From positions 1 through 9,236 of the forward strand of contig JAPZAR010000037.1 of assembly GCA_027460535.1 (NCBI GenBank): a DNA stretch of 9,236 bases, given 5' to 3'. The notes below the pieces were generated by a model. It saw only the letters and a program-made list of their open reading frames with translations, was not told the DNA's origin and searched no databases. This document shows positions 1 to 6,555 of this stretch, in pieces. A program made the translations under genes and the position numbers. The stretch is from Candidatus Methanoperedens sp. (GTDB taxonomy: Archaea; Halobacteriota; Methanosarcinia; Methanosarcinales; Methanoperedenaceae). Within the stretch, counting starts at the first letter, position 1. Every line of letters begins with the position of its first letter.

Positions 1-1618
1 AATCACCTTTGCTAACGATTGTCTTCCATGCATTGGGCAACGAAGACATATAAAACCATGAACTTACTGAAAAATCCCCCGTTCCAAAGTCCAGAGCACC
101 ATTGGATGGATTTCCCATTGTTATATAATCATTCATTCCATCAAAGCTCGATCCATTTCCAAACTTACCCGAGGTTGAAGTCGGACACGCATTTCCCGAA
201 CATGTGCCGTTGTTCCCCCAGCTGCTCCAGTCTTTGAAGAGGGTTGAACTCTCGCCGCTTTCATTGTTGAACCTCCACCAGCCCGCTAAAGAGCGGTTCC
301 AGTCGATGAAGGCTGTGGTGTTCGCAGAATTGGAAATTGTTGTGTTAATGTAAGCATAGTTCTGGGTCAGGGTTGCTCCATCTGCTGGCGTGGGATCGGT
401 GAAGGAGATCGACGGAGAAGTTGTACCTGAACTGAAATTCATTGAAAGCGGCAGGTAATCGATATTATTTGCATCCAGGGTATGGCTTGAATCACATATC
501 CCATCCCGGTTGCCATCCGTACACGTCTGGCTGAAGCCTGTACCATTGGGATATGCCCAGACGTTGCCGGCGAGATAAGATCCTCCGATAATGTTTATTC
601 CTGGTGTTTTTGTAATGTTCCAGTTATTAGGTAAGTATTGGATGGAATTATTAGTATTGTTAAAAAAGTTATTATAAATAATGTTATTCATACTAACATC
701 CAGAGAGATGCCATTAGTATTGTTCGAGATAATGTTACTGCTCAGCACATTGCAGCAAGAGGTAGCGAATATACCGACGCCATTACCGGTATTACCTGTT
801 ATGATACTGCCGTTAATTGTATTGTTTGAAGACGTGACGAAAAATACACCATCTCCATTAAAGCTTGCATTATCTCCACTGAATGTGTTATTAAAACCAT
901 TAAATATAGAGAAACCATTGATGTTTGAGTTCGCAGTGCTGTTAATTATACTTCCATTGTGTACGCTATTATAGTGTATGCCAACCGTCCAGCCAGTTAC
1001 CTTCAGATTTTTTACAGTTACATTTGTTAGCGGGGCCGAATAGTTATAAACATACACGCCGTAACTGTCTGGAGCTTTCACGCCATCGATGGTGTAGCCT
1101 GCACCGTCAAAAACCACATTGCTGGAAGTGATGTTAATGCATTTTAATGCACCGCTATTTGTTATGCTCCGGTTGAGCACGTAACTGCCTTGTGAGGAAA
1201 TATTGCTGCAAGAATCCATTATTTGGCCGCCACCGGGCATTTGCTCAGGCAGATTTATTATCAAATTTAAAGTCATCGGTGGTGGGTCGCTTGCATTAAA
1301 AACTGCTGTTTGCTGAGCAGCAAAGTTACCAATGCTGAAAAATATGTTAGAACCATCATCCTCATACGTTCCGCTTACATGTATCATATATCTGCCGGCT
1401 GTTGTTATTATAGTGCTCCCTTTTGTGACATTTTCTATGGAGGCTTCCATTAGCGTGCCTGCCGGTACGTCAAATTGATCACTTAGATTTGCGAATCTTA
1501 CCGTCCCGCTGAAAGTGTTGGGAATCGGAGGAATAGGATCCGCCGAGGAAATTGAAACACCTGTGGTGAAAAGTATTGCTCCGAATAGTATTATTGAGAT
1601 AATTTTCCTATATTGCAT
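1..1618 (-). CDS. Secreted surface protein, 3'-truncated by the window edge: signal peptide, N-terminal beta-sandwich-like module, parallel beta-helix (PBH1/NosD-like) repeats, then a LamG/concanavalin-like region
   Basis: Absent from the ORF track because it has no in-window stop. The minus-strand frame starting at ATG 1618-1616 stays open for 539 codons to the left edge; I checked 600-1000 codon by codon and found no stop. Translation starts MQYRKIISIILFGAILFTTGVSISSADP (signal-like), followed by FSGTVRF...MTLNLII. Next come Asn/Gly-rich periodic repeats typical of right-handed beta-helices (NITSSNVVFDGAGYTIDG, NGFSIFNGFNNTFSGDNASFNGDGVFF, GNTGNGVGIF..SSNIISNNTNGISL). It ends GKFGNGSSFDGMNDYITMGNPSNGALDFGTGDFSVSSWFY, a LamG-like signature. 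N-x-S/T sequons are very dense. The start lies 11 nt after the stop of the upstream gene, preceded by AAGG. Confidence 0.8.
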   Translation of the reverse strand, partial: MQYRKIISIILFGAILFTTGVSISSADPIPPIPNTFSGTVRFANLSDQFDVPAGTLMEASIENVTKGSTIITTAGRYMIHVSGTYEDDGSNIFFSIGNFAAQQTAVFNASDPPPMTLNLIINLPEQMPGGGQIMDSCSNISSQGSYVLNRSITNSGALKCINITSSNVVFDGAGYTIDGVKAPDSYGVYVYNYSAPLTNVTVKNLKVTGWTVGIHYNSVHNGSIINSTANSNINGFSIFNGFNNTFSGDNASFNGDGVFFVTSSNNTINGSIITGNTGNGVGIFATSCCNVLSSNIISNNTNGISLDVSMNNIIYNNFFNNTNNSIQYLPNNWNITKTPGINIIGGSYLAGNVWAYPNGTGFSQTCTDGNRDGICDSSHTLDANNIDYLPLSMNFSSGTTSPSISFTDPTPADGATLTQNYAYINTTISNSANTTAFIDWNRSLAGWWRFNNESGESSTLFKDWSSWGNNGTCSGNACPTSTSGKFGNGSSFDGMNDYITMGNPSNGALDFGTGDFSVSSWFYMSSLPNAWKTIVSKGD

Positions 1619-1629
1619 AAAACCTTTTT

Positions 1630-2217
1630 TCATTTTTTTCCAACACTGAATACTTTAGATGCAAGCAAAACCATAAAAAGAACGACACCAGCTTCGATAC
1701 CAGGCAACTTAACTGCCCCCCTTCTCTGTAAAACCACCGGCTGTGTCTCATTCTTCTCTTGTGAAATTGTATTTGTTGCTTCTGGGATCGCCGGAGTGCC
1801 AACTTTTGGGGGGGCAGTGGAAGTTGCAGTAGTTGTTGTTCTTGATGCTTGAGGCTGTCCCGATCCCGATTGAGTGGATGTTGGCGCAATCTGGCCGGTC
1901 TGAGCGATCATCACGGTCAGGTTCAGTGTTCCCGGCGTAGTGCTCCATTTTATGCTCTGGGCCTTTACATTATTAACATAAAAATCCACCAGACCCTGTC
2001 CGTTTTCAACTTTCATGCCGTAAATCCCTGTTTGTGACAGTACTGTACTGCCTTTGACCTCTTCGCCTATCATTGCTTTGATCACAGTATCTTTTGGCGC
2101 AGGTGCCCCATTGATATAAACGCTGCCGCTCACTACCATCGGAAGCATGGGCACTGCGCTGGCCACCTGTGCAAGGAGAGTTATGCACAATAATATTCTA
2201 TATGTCCACCGCTGCAT
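1630..2217 (-). CDS. Small secreted protein with Thr/Ser-rich linker and C-terminal PGI + hydrophobic + basic tail (PGF-CTERM-like membrane anchor or sorting signal)
   Basis: This is track ORF 1630..2226. I prefer the second ATG (2217), which has AGGA 8 nt upstream; the first ATG has none at usable spacing. N-terminus MQRWTYRILLCITLLAQVASA is signal-peptide-like. The core VSGSVYINGAPAPKDTVIKAMIGEEVKGSTV..GIYGMKV..VDFYVNNVKAQ..GTLNLTV resembles the N-terminal module of the downstream beta-helix protein. The linker is APTSTQSGSGQPQASRTTTTATSTAPPKVGTPAIPEATNT. The C-terminus is LPGIEAGVVLFMVLLASKVFSVGKK. The gene overlaps the upstream gene by about 20 nt, suggesting translational coupling. Confidence 0.7.
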   Translation of the reverse strand: MQRWTYRILLCITLLAQVASAVPMLPMVVSGSVYINGAPAPKDTVIKAMIGEEVKGSTVLSQTGIYGMKVENGQGLVDFYVNNVKAQSIKWSTTPGTLNLTVMIAQTGQIAPTSTQSGSGQPQASRTTTTATSTAPPKVGTPAIPEATNTISQEKNETQPVVLQRRGAVKLPGIEAGVVLFMVLLASKVFSVGKK

Positions 2218-4597
2218 AAGTCGCATCCTGAGTCATGAATATCCAATAGCCTCTACCAGGCTCAAAAACATTAAACTCTTGCAGAGAGGGATTTCCAACG
2301 ATATACATCTTCCAGCCTTCATCAGGCGAATAGGTCAGAAGATGGCTGTATTTTCCATCTATCGAGATTAACGCGCTTTGAACTGGCATATTTCCTGTGG
2401 AAGTATGGCCTATCAGGTTCCATCCTGCTCTCAGGAGCATCGAAGGTGGTACGTTTGGACCTGCCATGTTCTTATACGAGAGTTTCTGGTATGATTGATT
2501 TGAGGCGTTATTGTATACCCAGTAGCCGCGCAGCGGAGTGATCTTGGAAGGATTTTCCCAAGCGTTGGTTGAAGTATTGTAGTACCATTTGATGTTGAAC
2601 GGGTCCAGGCTAAGGTTGGCAAAAGCAACATCAACTGCGGAATTATTCAGCGTCTTTGGCACCGATACGAGATTCCACGTATTTCCAACAAAGTTCAGGG
2701 TATCGAATGGCCGGGGAGGAGGCGGCGGCGTAAGGATTTCGTATGTCACGAAAGGGTAGTATCTCAGATCAGTTGCGCTGTCCGCAACCCTGAACTTCAA
2801 CTCACCCATGATGTCAACAGTTCCATCCTGTGTAAGGTCCACTGATTTATCTTTGTTCTTCAGTACAAGGGTATCGGTACCCGCTGCTACTACTTCCATG
2901 TTGCCAAATACATCAGAACTCTTAACTTCTGTGACTGACGTACCTATTGCCCATGTGTATCTCAGCTGCACCATATCGCTTGTGGCACCAGCAAAAACGC
3001 TGTCCACATATGTTATGAACAATGGAACATCTGTCTCGCCTGCAAAGCTCTTCTCTATGTAAGTATAAACTCCGCCCTGTTGGATTACCTTATCGTCCTT
3101 CTTTACGCCATCCTTGCTCAGAACAAGCCATACCTGTCTCGGCGATGCTTTGGCATCAACGCTCTGGGCTAATAGTGTCCAGCCGTCTCCGATATCCCAG
3201 GTCTCTCCGACCGTCAGTGACTTCTTTTCATTAGTGGCATTGCCCTGCTCGATTATAAGCTTGGCTAATTTTTTAGCATTGGATTTTATCGGTATGTAGG
3301 GCTGCGCCTGCCAGCCTATGATAGGATATTGCCCGGTTCCACTGGCATTGATCTTCAGCATATCAGAATCTGTGGCGTTGAGCTTACCATTTTCGACCAC
3401 TTTCAAAGTCTTGAAAGTTTTGGTCGTTGTGTATATCAAATTTTCATTAGCTCCATCAATGTTTCTATTTTGGACGCTCAAGACCCATAGATTCTCTGTC
3501 TTTAAGTCATTCTTTAAATCGTACCAGAATCCTGCAAAGTTTGAAGCATCCCAATAGCGAGGCGTGGGATCGCTGAGACTGCCTGGTACTGAAATGACCA
3601 AGCCGCGTACCTCATATGTTCCAGGCTGAGTTCTAACTACCATTGGGTAATATCTCAAATCGGTGGCGCTGTCTGCCACTCTGAATTTCAAATCACCCAT
3701 GATGTCAATAGTTCCATCCTGTGTAAGGTCCACTGATTTGTCTTTGTTCTTTAGTACAAGGGTATCGGAACCCGCTGACGTTAACACCATTTTGCCAAAT
3801 ACATCGGAACTCTTAACTTCTGTAACTGAAGTACTTATTGCCCATGTGTATCTCAACTGCACCATATCACCGGTTGAACCCGGGGACACGCTGTCCACAT
3901 ATGTAAGGAACATAGGGACATTTGTCTCATTTGCAAGGCTTTGATTGTAAATATAGATCCCGCCCTGTGCGATGATCTTGTCGCTAACGTTGATACCATC
4001 TTTATTAAGAACGAGCCTTGCCCGCAACGTACTTGCATTGATGCTGGCCGCGGTTAAATTCCAGCCATCCCCGATATCCCATGTTTCTCCCACTTCCAAG
4101 GTTTTCTTTTCAGTTGTCGCATTGCCCTGCTCGATAACAAGCTTGGCTAATTTCTTAGCATTGCCTTTTACCGGAATGTAGGGCTGCGCCTGCCAGCCTA
4201 GGATAGAATATTTTCCGGTTCCACTGGAATTGAACATCATCATATCAGAATCTGTTCCGTTGATCTTACCATTTTCGACCACTTTCAAAGTCTTGAACGT
4301 TTTGGTTGTTGTGTATATCAAATTTTCATTAGCTCCATCAATGTTTCTATTTTGGACGCTAACGACCGAAAGATTCTCTGTCATTAAGTTATTCTTTAAA
4401 TCGTACCAGAATCCTGCAAAGTTTGAAGCATCCCAGTAACGAGGCGTGGTATCGCTGAGACTGCCTGGTACTGAAACGACCGCTCCGCGGATTTCCACGC
4501 TATATGCCTGAATATTCGCACTTGCATGCATTGATGTTAGCATTGCAATAAGAATTGCCGATGCTGCAATGACAGCTATATCCAATTTTTTAATCAT
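2198..4597 (-). CDS. S-layer-family surface protein: signal peptide, two tandem DUF1608 (S-layer family duplication) domains, PPPPPRP linker, and a 169-aa unassigned C-terminal domain with no TM anchor
   Basis: This is track ORF 2198..4612 (804 aa). The first ATG (4612) overlaps a GGAGG box, so the likely start is the second ATG at 4597: MIKKLDIAVIAASAILIAMLTSMHASA, signal-like. The PRYWDASNFAGFWYDLKN...GWQAQPYIP...GETWDIGDGW...MVQLRYTWA...LKFRVADSATDLRYYP block occurs twice and matches my recollection of the Methanosarcina S-layer DUF1608 domain. The C-terminal part (aa 636-804 in track numbering) contains two WNL(V/I)..(R)GYW(V/I) sub-repeats. Confidence 0.9.
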   Translation of the reverse strand: MIKKLDIAVIAASAILIAMLTSMHASANIQAYSVEIRGAVVSVPGSLSDTTPRYWDASNFAGFWYDLKNNLMTENLSVVSVQNRNIDGANENLIYTTTKTFKTLKVVENGKINGTDSDMMMFNSSGTGKYSILGWQAQPYIPVKGNAKKLAKLVIEQGNATTEKKTLEVGETWDIGDGWNLTAASINASTLRARLVLNKDGINVSDKIIAQGGIYIYNQSLANETNVPMFLTYVDSVSPGSTGDMVQLRYTWAISTSVTEVKSSDVFGKMVLTSAGSDTLVLKNKDKSVDLTQDGTIDIMGDLKFRVADSATDLRYYPMVVRTQPGTYEVRGLVISVPGSLSDPTPRYWDASNFAGFWYDLKNDLKTENLWVLSVQNRNIDGANENLIYTTTKTFKTLKVVENGKLNATDSDMLKINASGTGQYPIIGWQAQPYIPIKSNAKKLAKLIIEQGNATNEKKSLTVGETWDIGDGWTLLAQSVDAKASPRQVWLVLSKDGVKKDDKVIQQGGVYTYIEKSFAGETDVPLFITYVDSVFAGATSDMVQLRYTWAIGTSVTEVKSSDVFGNMEVVAAGTDTLVLKNKDKSVDLTQDGTVDIMGELKFRVADSATDLRYYPFVTYEILTPPPPPRPFDTLNFVGNTWNLVSVPKTLNNSAVDVAFANLSLDPFNIKWYYNTSTNAWENPSKITPLRGYWVYNNASNQSYQKLSYKNMAGPNVPPSMLLRAGWNLIGHTSTGNMPVQSALISIDGKYSHLLTYSPDEGWKMYIVGNPSLQEFNVFEPGRGYWIFMTQDATYAAVDI
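2735..3625 (-). repeat. DUF1608 domain copy 2 (intragenic tandem duplication)
   Basis: Track aa ~330-626. A 53-nt perfect match links 3426-3478 to 4308-4360. A 30-nt perfect run agttccatcctgtgtaaggtccactgattt occurs in both copies. Confidence 0.85.
3626..4507 (-). repeat. DUF1608 domain copy 1 (intragenic tandem duplication)
   Basis: Track aa ~36-329 of the 804-codon ORF. Aligns to copy 2 at an offset of 882 nt (N-terminal part) to 891 nt (C-terminal part). Confidence 0.85.
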
Positions 4598-4605
4598 TTT
4601 AATTT

Positions 4606-4610
4606 CCTCC
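4606..4610 (-). promoter_or_regulatory. Shine-Dalgarno GGAGG for the S-layer-family gene
   Basis: Minus-strand sequence is aATGGAGGAAATTAAAATG. GGAGG lies 8 nt upstream of ATG 4597. Confidence 0.6.
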
Positions 4611-4867
4611 ATTCAACCAACTCACCTGCGACTTTGGGCTGCGTGTAGATAAAAAAACTATTAATACTATAATTCCCCATGCTATTCCAGGAACTCTCCA
4701 TATACCATTCTTATTTGAGACCATAATCAAGCCACCTCTTTTCACAAATACCACGTATCCCGAGCGATAAGTCTACAACTCATGCTCGCGGGAACTCCAC
4801 GACCTTATTCAATGAGACATCATCTCACGATAAGGAAATCTCCAAGCTTTTCCGGACGTACTGAGAA

Positions 4868-4875
4868 TATATAAA
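4868..4875 (-). promoter_or_regulatory. Candidate archaeal TATA box (TTTATATA) for the surface operon, implying a ~250-nt leader
   Basis: Minus strand reads gcTTTATATAttc. It is the only consensus-quality TATA between the gene start and the repeat region. A weaker AT-rich candidate lies near 4655-4680. Confidence 0.3.
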
Positions 4876-5054
4876 GCTTGTGAAATTGTGTTGATGTTGC
4901 AGAGTCCAGGAATTTCTCGCAGAATTCCGGGAAGAAACACCAAAAAAATTATTAATGAAAAGTAGTTATCGGATCTTGGGGAAGGAGAAGACTGGAGAAT
5001 GTCGGCTACATTTATAGTGCCTGCGACCTCCTAAGGAGCCAGTCGGGAAACCCA

Positions 5055-5191
5055 TGACCTGCGCGCCTTTATCTGCCGGTTCGTCGCCTGAAATCTAGCA
5101 CTGTTTGCTCTCCTCTTGTGGATTATACGCTAACGGTTGCATCGGGTTCTATCCCACGCCGCCACTGTAAAAATATGACATTAATGTAACC
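5055..5191. repeat. Degenerate copy (D) of the intergenic repeat module
   Basis: tacgctaacggttgcatcgggttctatcccacgccgccactgtaaaaatatgac aligns with tacgctattggttgcctgggattcctattggcgccgccacagtataaagatatac (7133-7187). It is preceded by gacctgcgcgcctttatctgccggtt (compare gactctgggcgccttcatctgcggtt) and followed by attaatgtaacc (compare attaatgtaatc at 7091). Confidence 0.5.
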
Positions 5192-5195
5192 TAAG

Positions 5196-5589
5196 TTTGA
5201 CAGATGGCAGTCTTCTTAAAAGAGAATATTCTCTTTTAACAACAAATTTTCGATATTTTATCAGGAAAATCTATTTGACAGTTGAAAAAAATTCCCCTAT
5301 TCTTGGCTATTTTTTAGCTTTTTTTCTGGAAATTCCTACAATTCTGAACTAAAATAGGCTTATTATTTGAGTGAAAATAACAAAAATATACCATTCTTGT
5401 TTATTTTTTTCGAAAATCTACAGCAACTGTCAAAAAACAAGTGAAAAATCAAAGAAATCGCATTCAACAAACAGAAATAGAACTGTCAAATTTATGCGTG
5501 AAAAAATGATGAAAAATGCAAAAACTACGTTTTATCGTTGATAATAAAAATTGTAAAATCATTCAGTAATAATTAGAACTGTCAAATTT
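5196..5589. repeat. AT-rich non-coding block with five copies of an AACTGTCAAA-type motif in opposed orientations
   Basis: TTTGACAGat at 5196-5205 and TTTGACAGTT at 5274-5283 have one orientation. AACTGTCAAA at 5425-5434, 5481-5490 and 5577-5586 have the other. The last two share 16 nt (tagaactgtcaaattt at 5478-5493 and 5574-5589). gtgaaaa starts at 5381, 5441 and 5497, giving degenerate 56-96-nt units. Confidence 0.7.
5216..5239. repeat. Perfect 24-bp palindrome ttaaaagagaat|attctcttttaa
   Basis: Read directly from the sequence: 5216-5227 is the reverse complement of 5228-5239. Confidence 0.9.
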
Positions 5590-5591
5590 GG

Positions 5592-5814
5592 GATGTAATC
5601 CAATCTGCGTTTATCGGCGTTATGCCCGCCGCGACGTATAGACACGTATCTCCTCGTATGGGCCATACGTGTGGGCGATGTCAACTGGCGCAACGGTTGA
5701 CGTGGACGCACCCTCCCGAGGCGCGACTCGGGGCGTTCATCTGCGGTTTGTTATTTGCGCTATTGGTTGCCTGGGATTCCTATTGGCGCCACAACTGTTA
5801 AAAAACATACTTTA
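5592..5814. repeat. Repeat module copy A (short-motif site filled by a hairpin element, followed by the ctattggttgcctgggattcctattggcgcc block)
   Basis: gatgtaatccaatctgcgtttatc ... ttcatctgcggtttgttatttgcgctattggttgcctgggattcctattggcgcc..catacttta aligns with 7092-7191, except for the extra 5616-5735 segment. Confidence 0.7.
5616..5735. repeat. 120-nt GC-rich hairpin element inserted in the AATCTGCG-TTxATC-TGCGG motif
   Basis: Flanked by tttatc (5610-5615) and ttcatc (5736-5741). Hairpins are cgtatgg/ccatacg (5655-5669), gtcaac/gttgac (5680-5700) and cccgag-gcgcga-ctcggg (5715-5732). The right half aligns with 6981-7016. Confidence 0.6.
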
Positions 5815-5904
5815 AATAATTAATTCCAATCCTGAACCTATCCCCACCACAGACGCATCTCACCTTACCCACTCATACATCCTCACTCAGAATGCCGCTG
5901 TATG

Positions 5905-5926
5905 AAAAATAGCTGAAAAACAAAAA
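5905..5926 (-). terminator. Oligo-T runs (3 x T5 on the minus strand) downstream of vapC-1
   Basis: Minus strand reads cgcTTTTTgTTTTTcagctaTTTTTcat, 23-44 nt after the stop at 5949. Archaeal termination typically uses oligo-T tracts. Confidence 0.4.
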
Positions 5927-5948
5927 GCGGTGCAGAATCAAAAACTAT

Positions 5949-6347
5949 CTACCTCATATCATTCATCTTAAAAGGATTATATATTTCCAGGTCTTCAACG
6001 CCGCTAAAATCTTTACTATTTCTTGTTACAAGAATCAAATCACCAGATAAGGCTGTTGCTGCAATTACGGCATCAGGTAGTTTAATTCTATGGTTTCTTC
6101 CAATATCTACCGTTAAGTCTGCTATTTTATTATTTAGTGGAATTGTTTTTGCAAAACTGACGAACTCCTTCGCCTTATCATATCCTTCTTTTGTATGCTT
6201 ATCCCATCCTAAAAACTCAATCCTTGTAATGATAGAAATATTAAAAGACATTTTGAGAATATTTTCAACTGTATCAAGTTCTTCCAGAGGAATTACATCA
6301 GCAAAATAGTAAATGAGAATGTTCGTATCTAATAGATATCTATTCAT
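5949..6347 (-). CDS. vapC: PIN-domain ribonuclease toxin (VapC family)
   Basis: This is track ORF 5949..6359. The sequence (MDKG)MNRYLLDTNILIYYF...RIEFLGW...LPDAVIAATAL...LVTRNSKDF carries the acidic PIN signature (D, E, D, D/N). Starting at the second ATG (6347) gives a classic ATGA overlap with the upstream small ORF's stop. Local GC is low, about 30% on the one line I counted. Confidence 0.85.
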   Translation of the reverse strand: MNRYLLDTNILIYYFADVIPLEELDTVENILKMSFNISIITRIEFLGWDKHTKEGYDKAKEFVSFAKTIPLNNKIADLTVDIGRNHRIKLPDAVIAATALSGDLILVTRNSKDFSGVEDLEIYNPFKMNDMR

Positions 6348-6508
6348 TCCCTTATCCATTCCTCTCTCAGTTTTTCAATCTCCACTTTAAAATCTATTCT
6401 CATATCCTTGTAAATTCCTTTATATTTTGAGGGATTGAAAACTTTTTTCTTCTCCTGCTTTCTCATCGGTCTTATAACCTTATCCTTGTGCATTGCTTTT
6501 TGTCTCAT
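6344..6508 (-). CDS. Putative antitoxin partner of VapC-1 (54 aa, Lys-rich, no fold recognised)
   Basis: My own translation; the ORF is below the track's size cut-off. Sequence: MRQKAMHKDKVIRPMRKQEKKKVFNPSKYKGIYKDMRIDFKVEIEKLREEWIRE*. Position and 4-nt (ATGA) or 16-nt overlap with vapC are typical of type II TA operons. The start is uncertain; internal ATGs lie at 6493 and 6466. Confidence 0.55.
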   Translation of the reverse strand: MRQKAMHKDKVIRPMRKQEKKKVFNPSKYKGIYKDMRIDFKVEIEKLREEWIRE

Positions 6509-6555
6509 AATGCATCTAATTAACTGAATGAGCTATAGATGTTAATAACCTTTTG

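Noticed and set aside
19-974. Plus-strand ORFs 19..237, 638..829 and 681..974.
   Set aside because: They lie antisense to a 539-codon open frame whose translation has clear beta-helix and LamG features. They are Leu/Ile/Asn-rich artefacts of the AT-rich codon complement.
1608-2371. Track ORFs overlapping the 195-aa gene and the operon junctions (1608..1889-, 1613..1852+, 1748..1948-, 1849..2037+, 2006..2188-, 2147..2371+, 2431..2634-).
   Set aside because: They are alternative-frame or antisense shadows of convincing genes. They have no start-site signals and no recognisable motifs.
2808-4439. Seven plus-strand track ORFs (2808..3062, 3022..3234, 3114..3299, 3318..3557, 3663..3944, 3972..4181, 4230..4439) antisense to the S-layer-family gene.
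   Set aside because: They fall into matched pairs that simply mirror the intragenic DUF1608 duplication, for example MMSTVPSCVRSTDLSLFFSTRVS appearing twice. They have low-complexity, non-protein-like sequence and lie wholly inside a strongly supported gene.
5126-5179. tRNA-like 3' end in the repeat modules (cgggttctatccc..gccgcca; also gggattcctattggcgccgcca at 7151-7172), which would make the modules tRNA-derived att sites.
   Set aside because: The putative T-arm stems do not pair (tcggg versus cccac), and I could not fold an acceptor, D or anticodon arm. The resemblance is limited to GGTTC/GGATTC plus CCA.
5196-5589. Possible CRISPR array, given the repeated AACTGTCAAA motifs with spacers.
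   Set aside because: The repeats are only 10-16 nt, occur in both orientations and have irregular spacing (56-146 nt). The 'spacers' are low-complexity A/T sequence, and there are no cas genes. It is not CRISPR-like.
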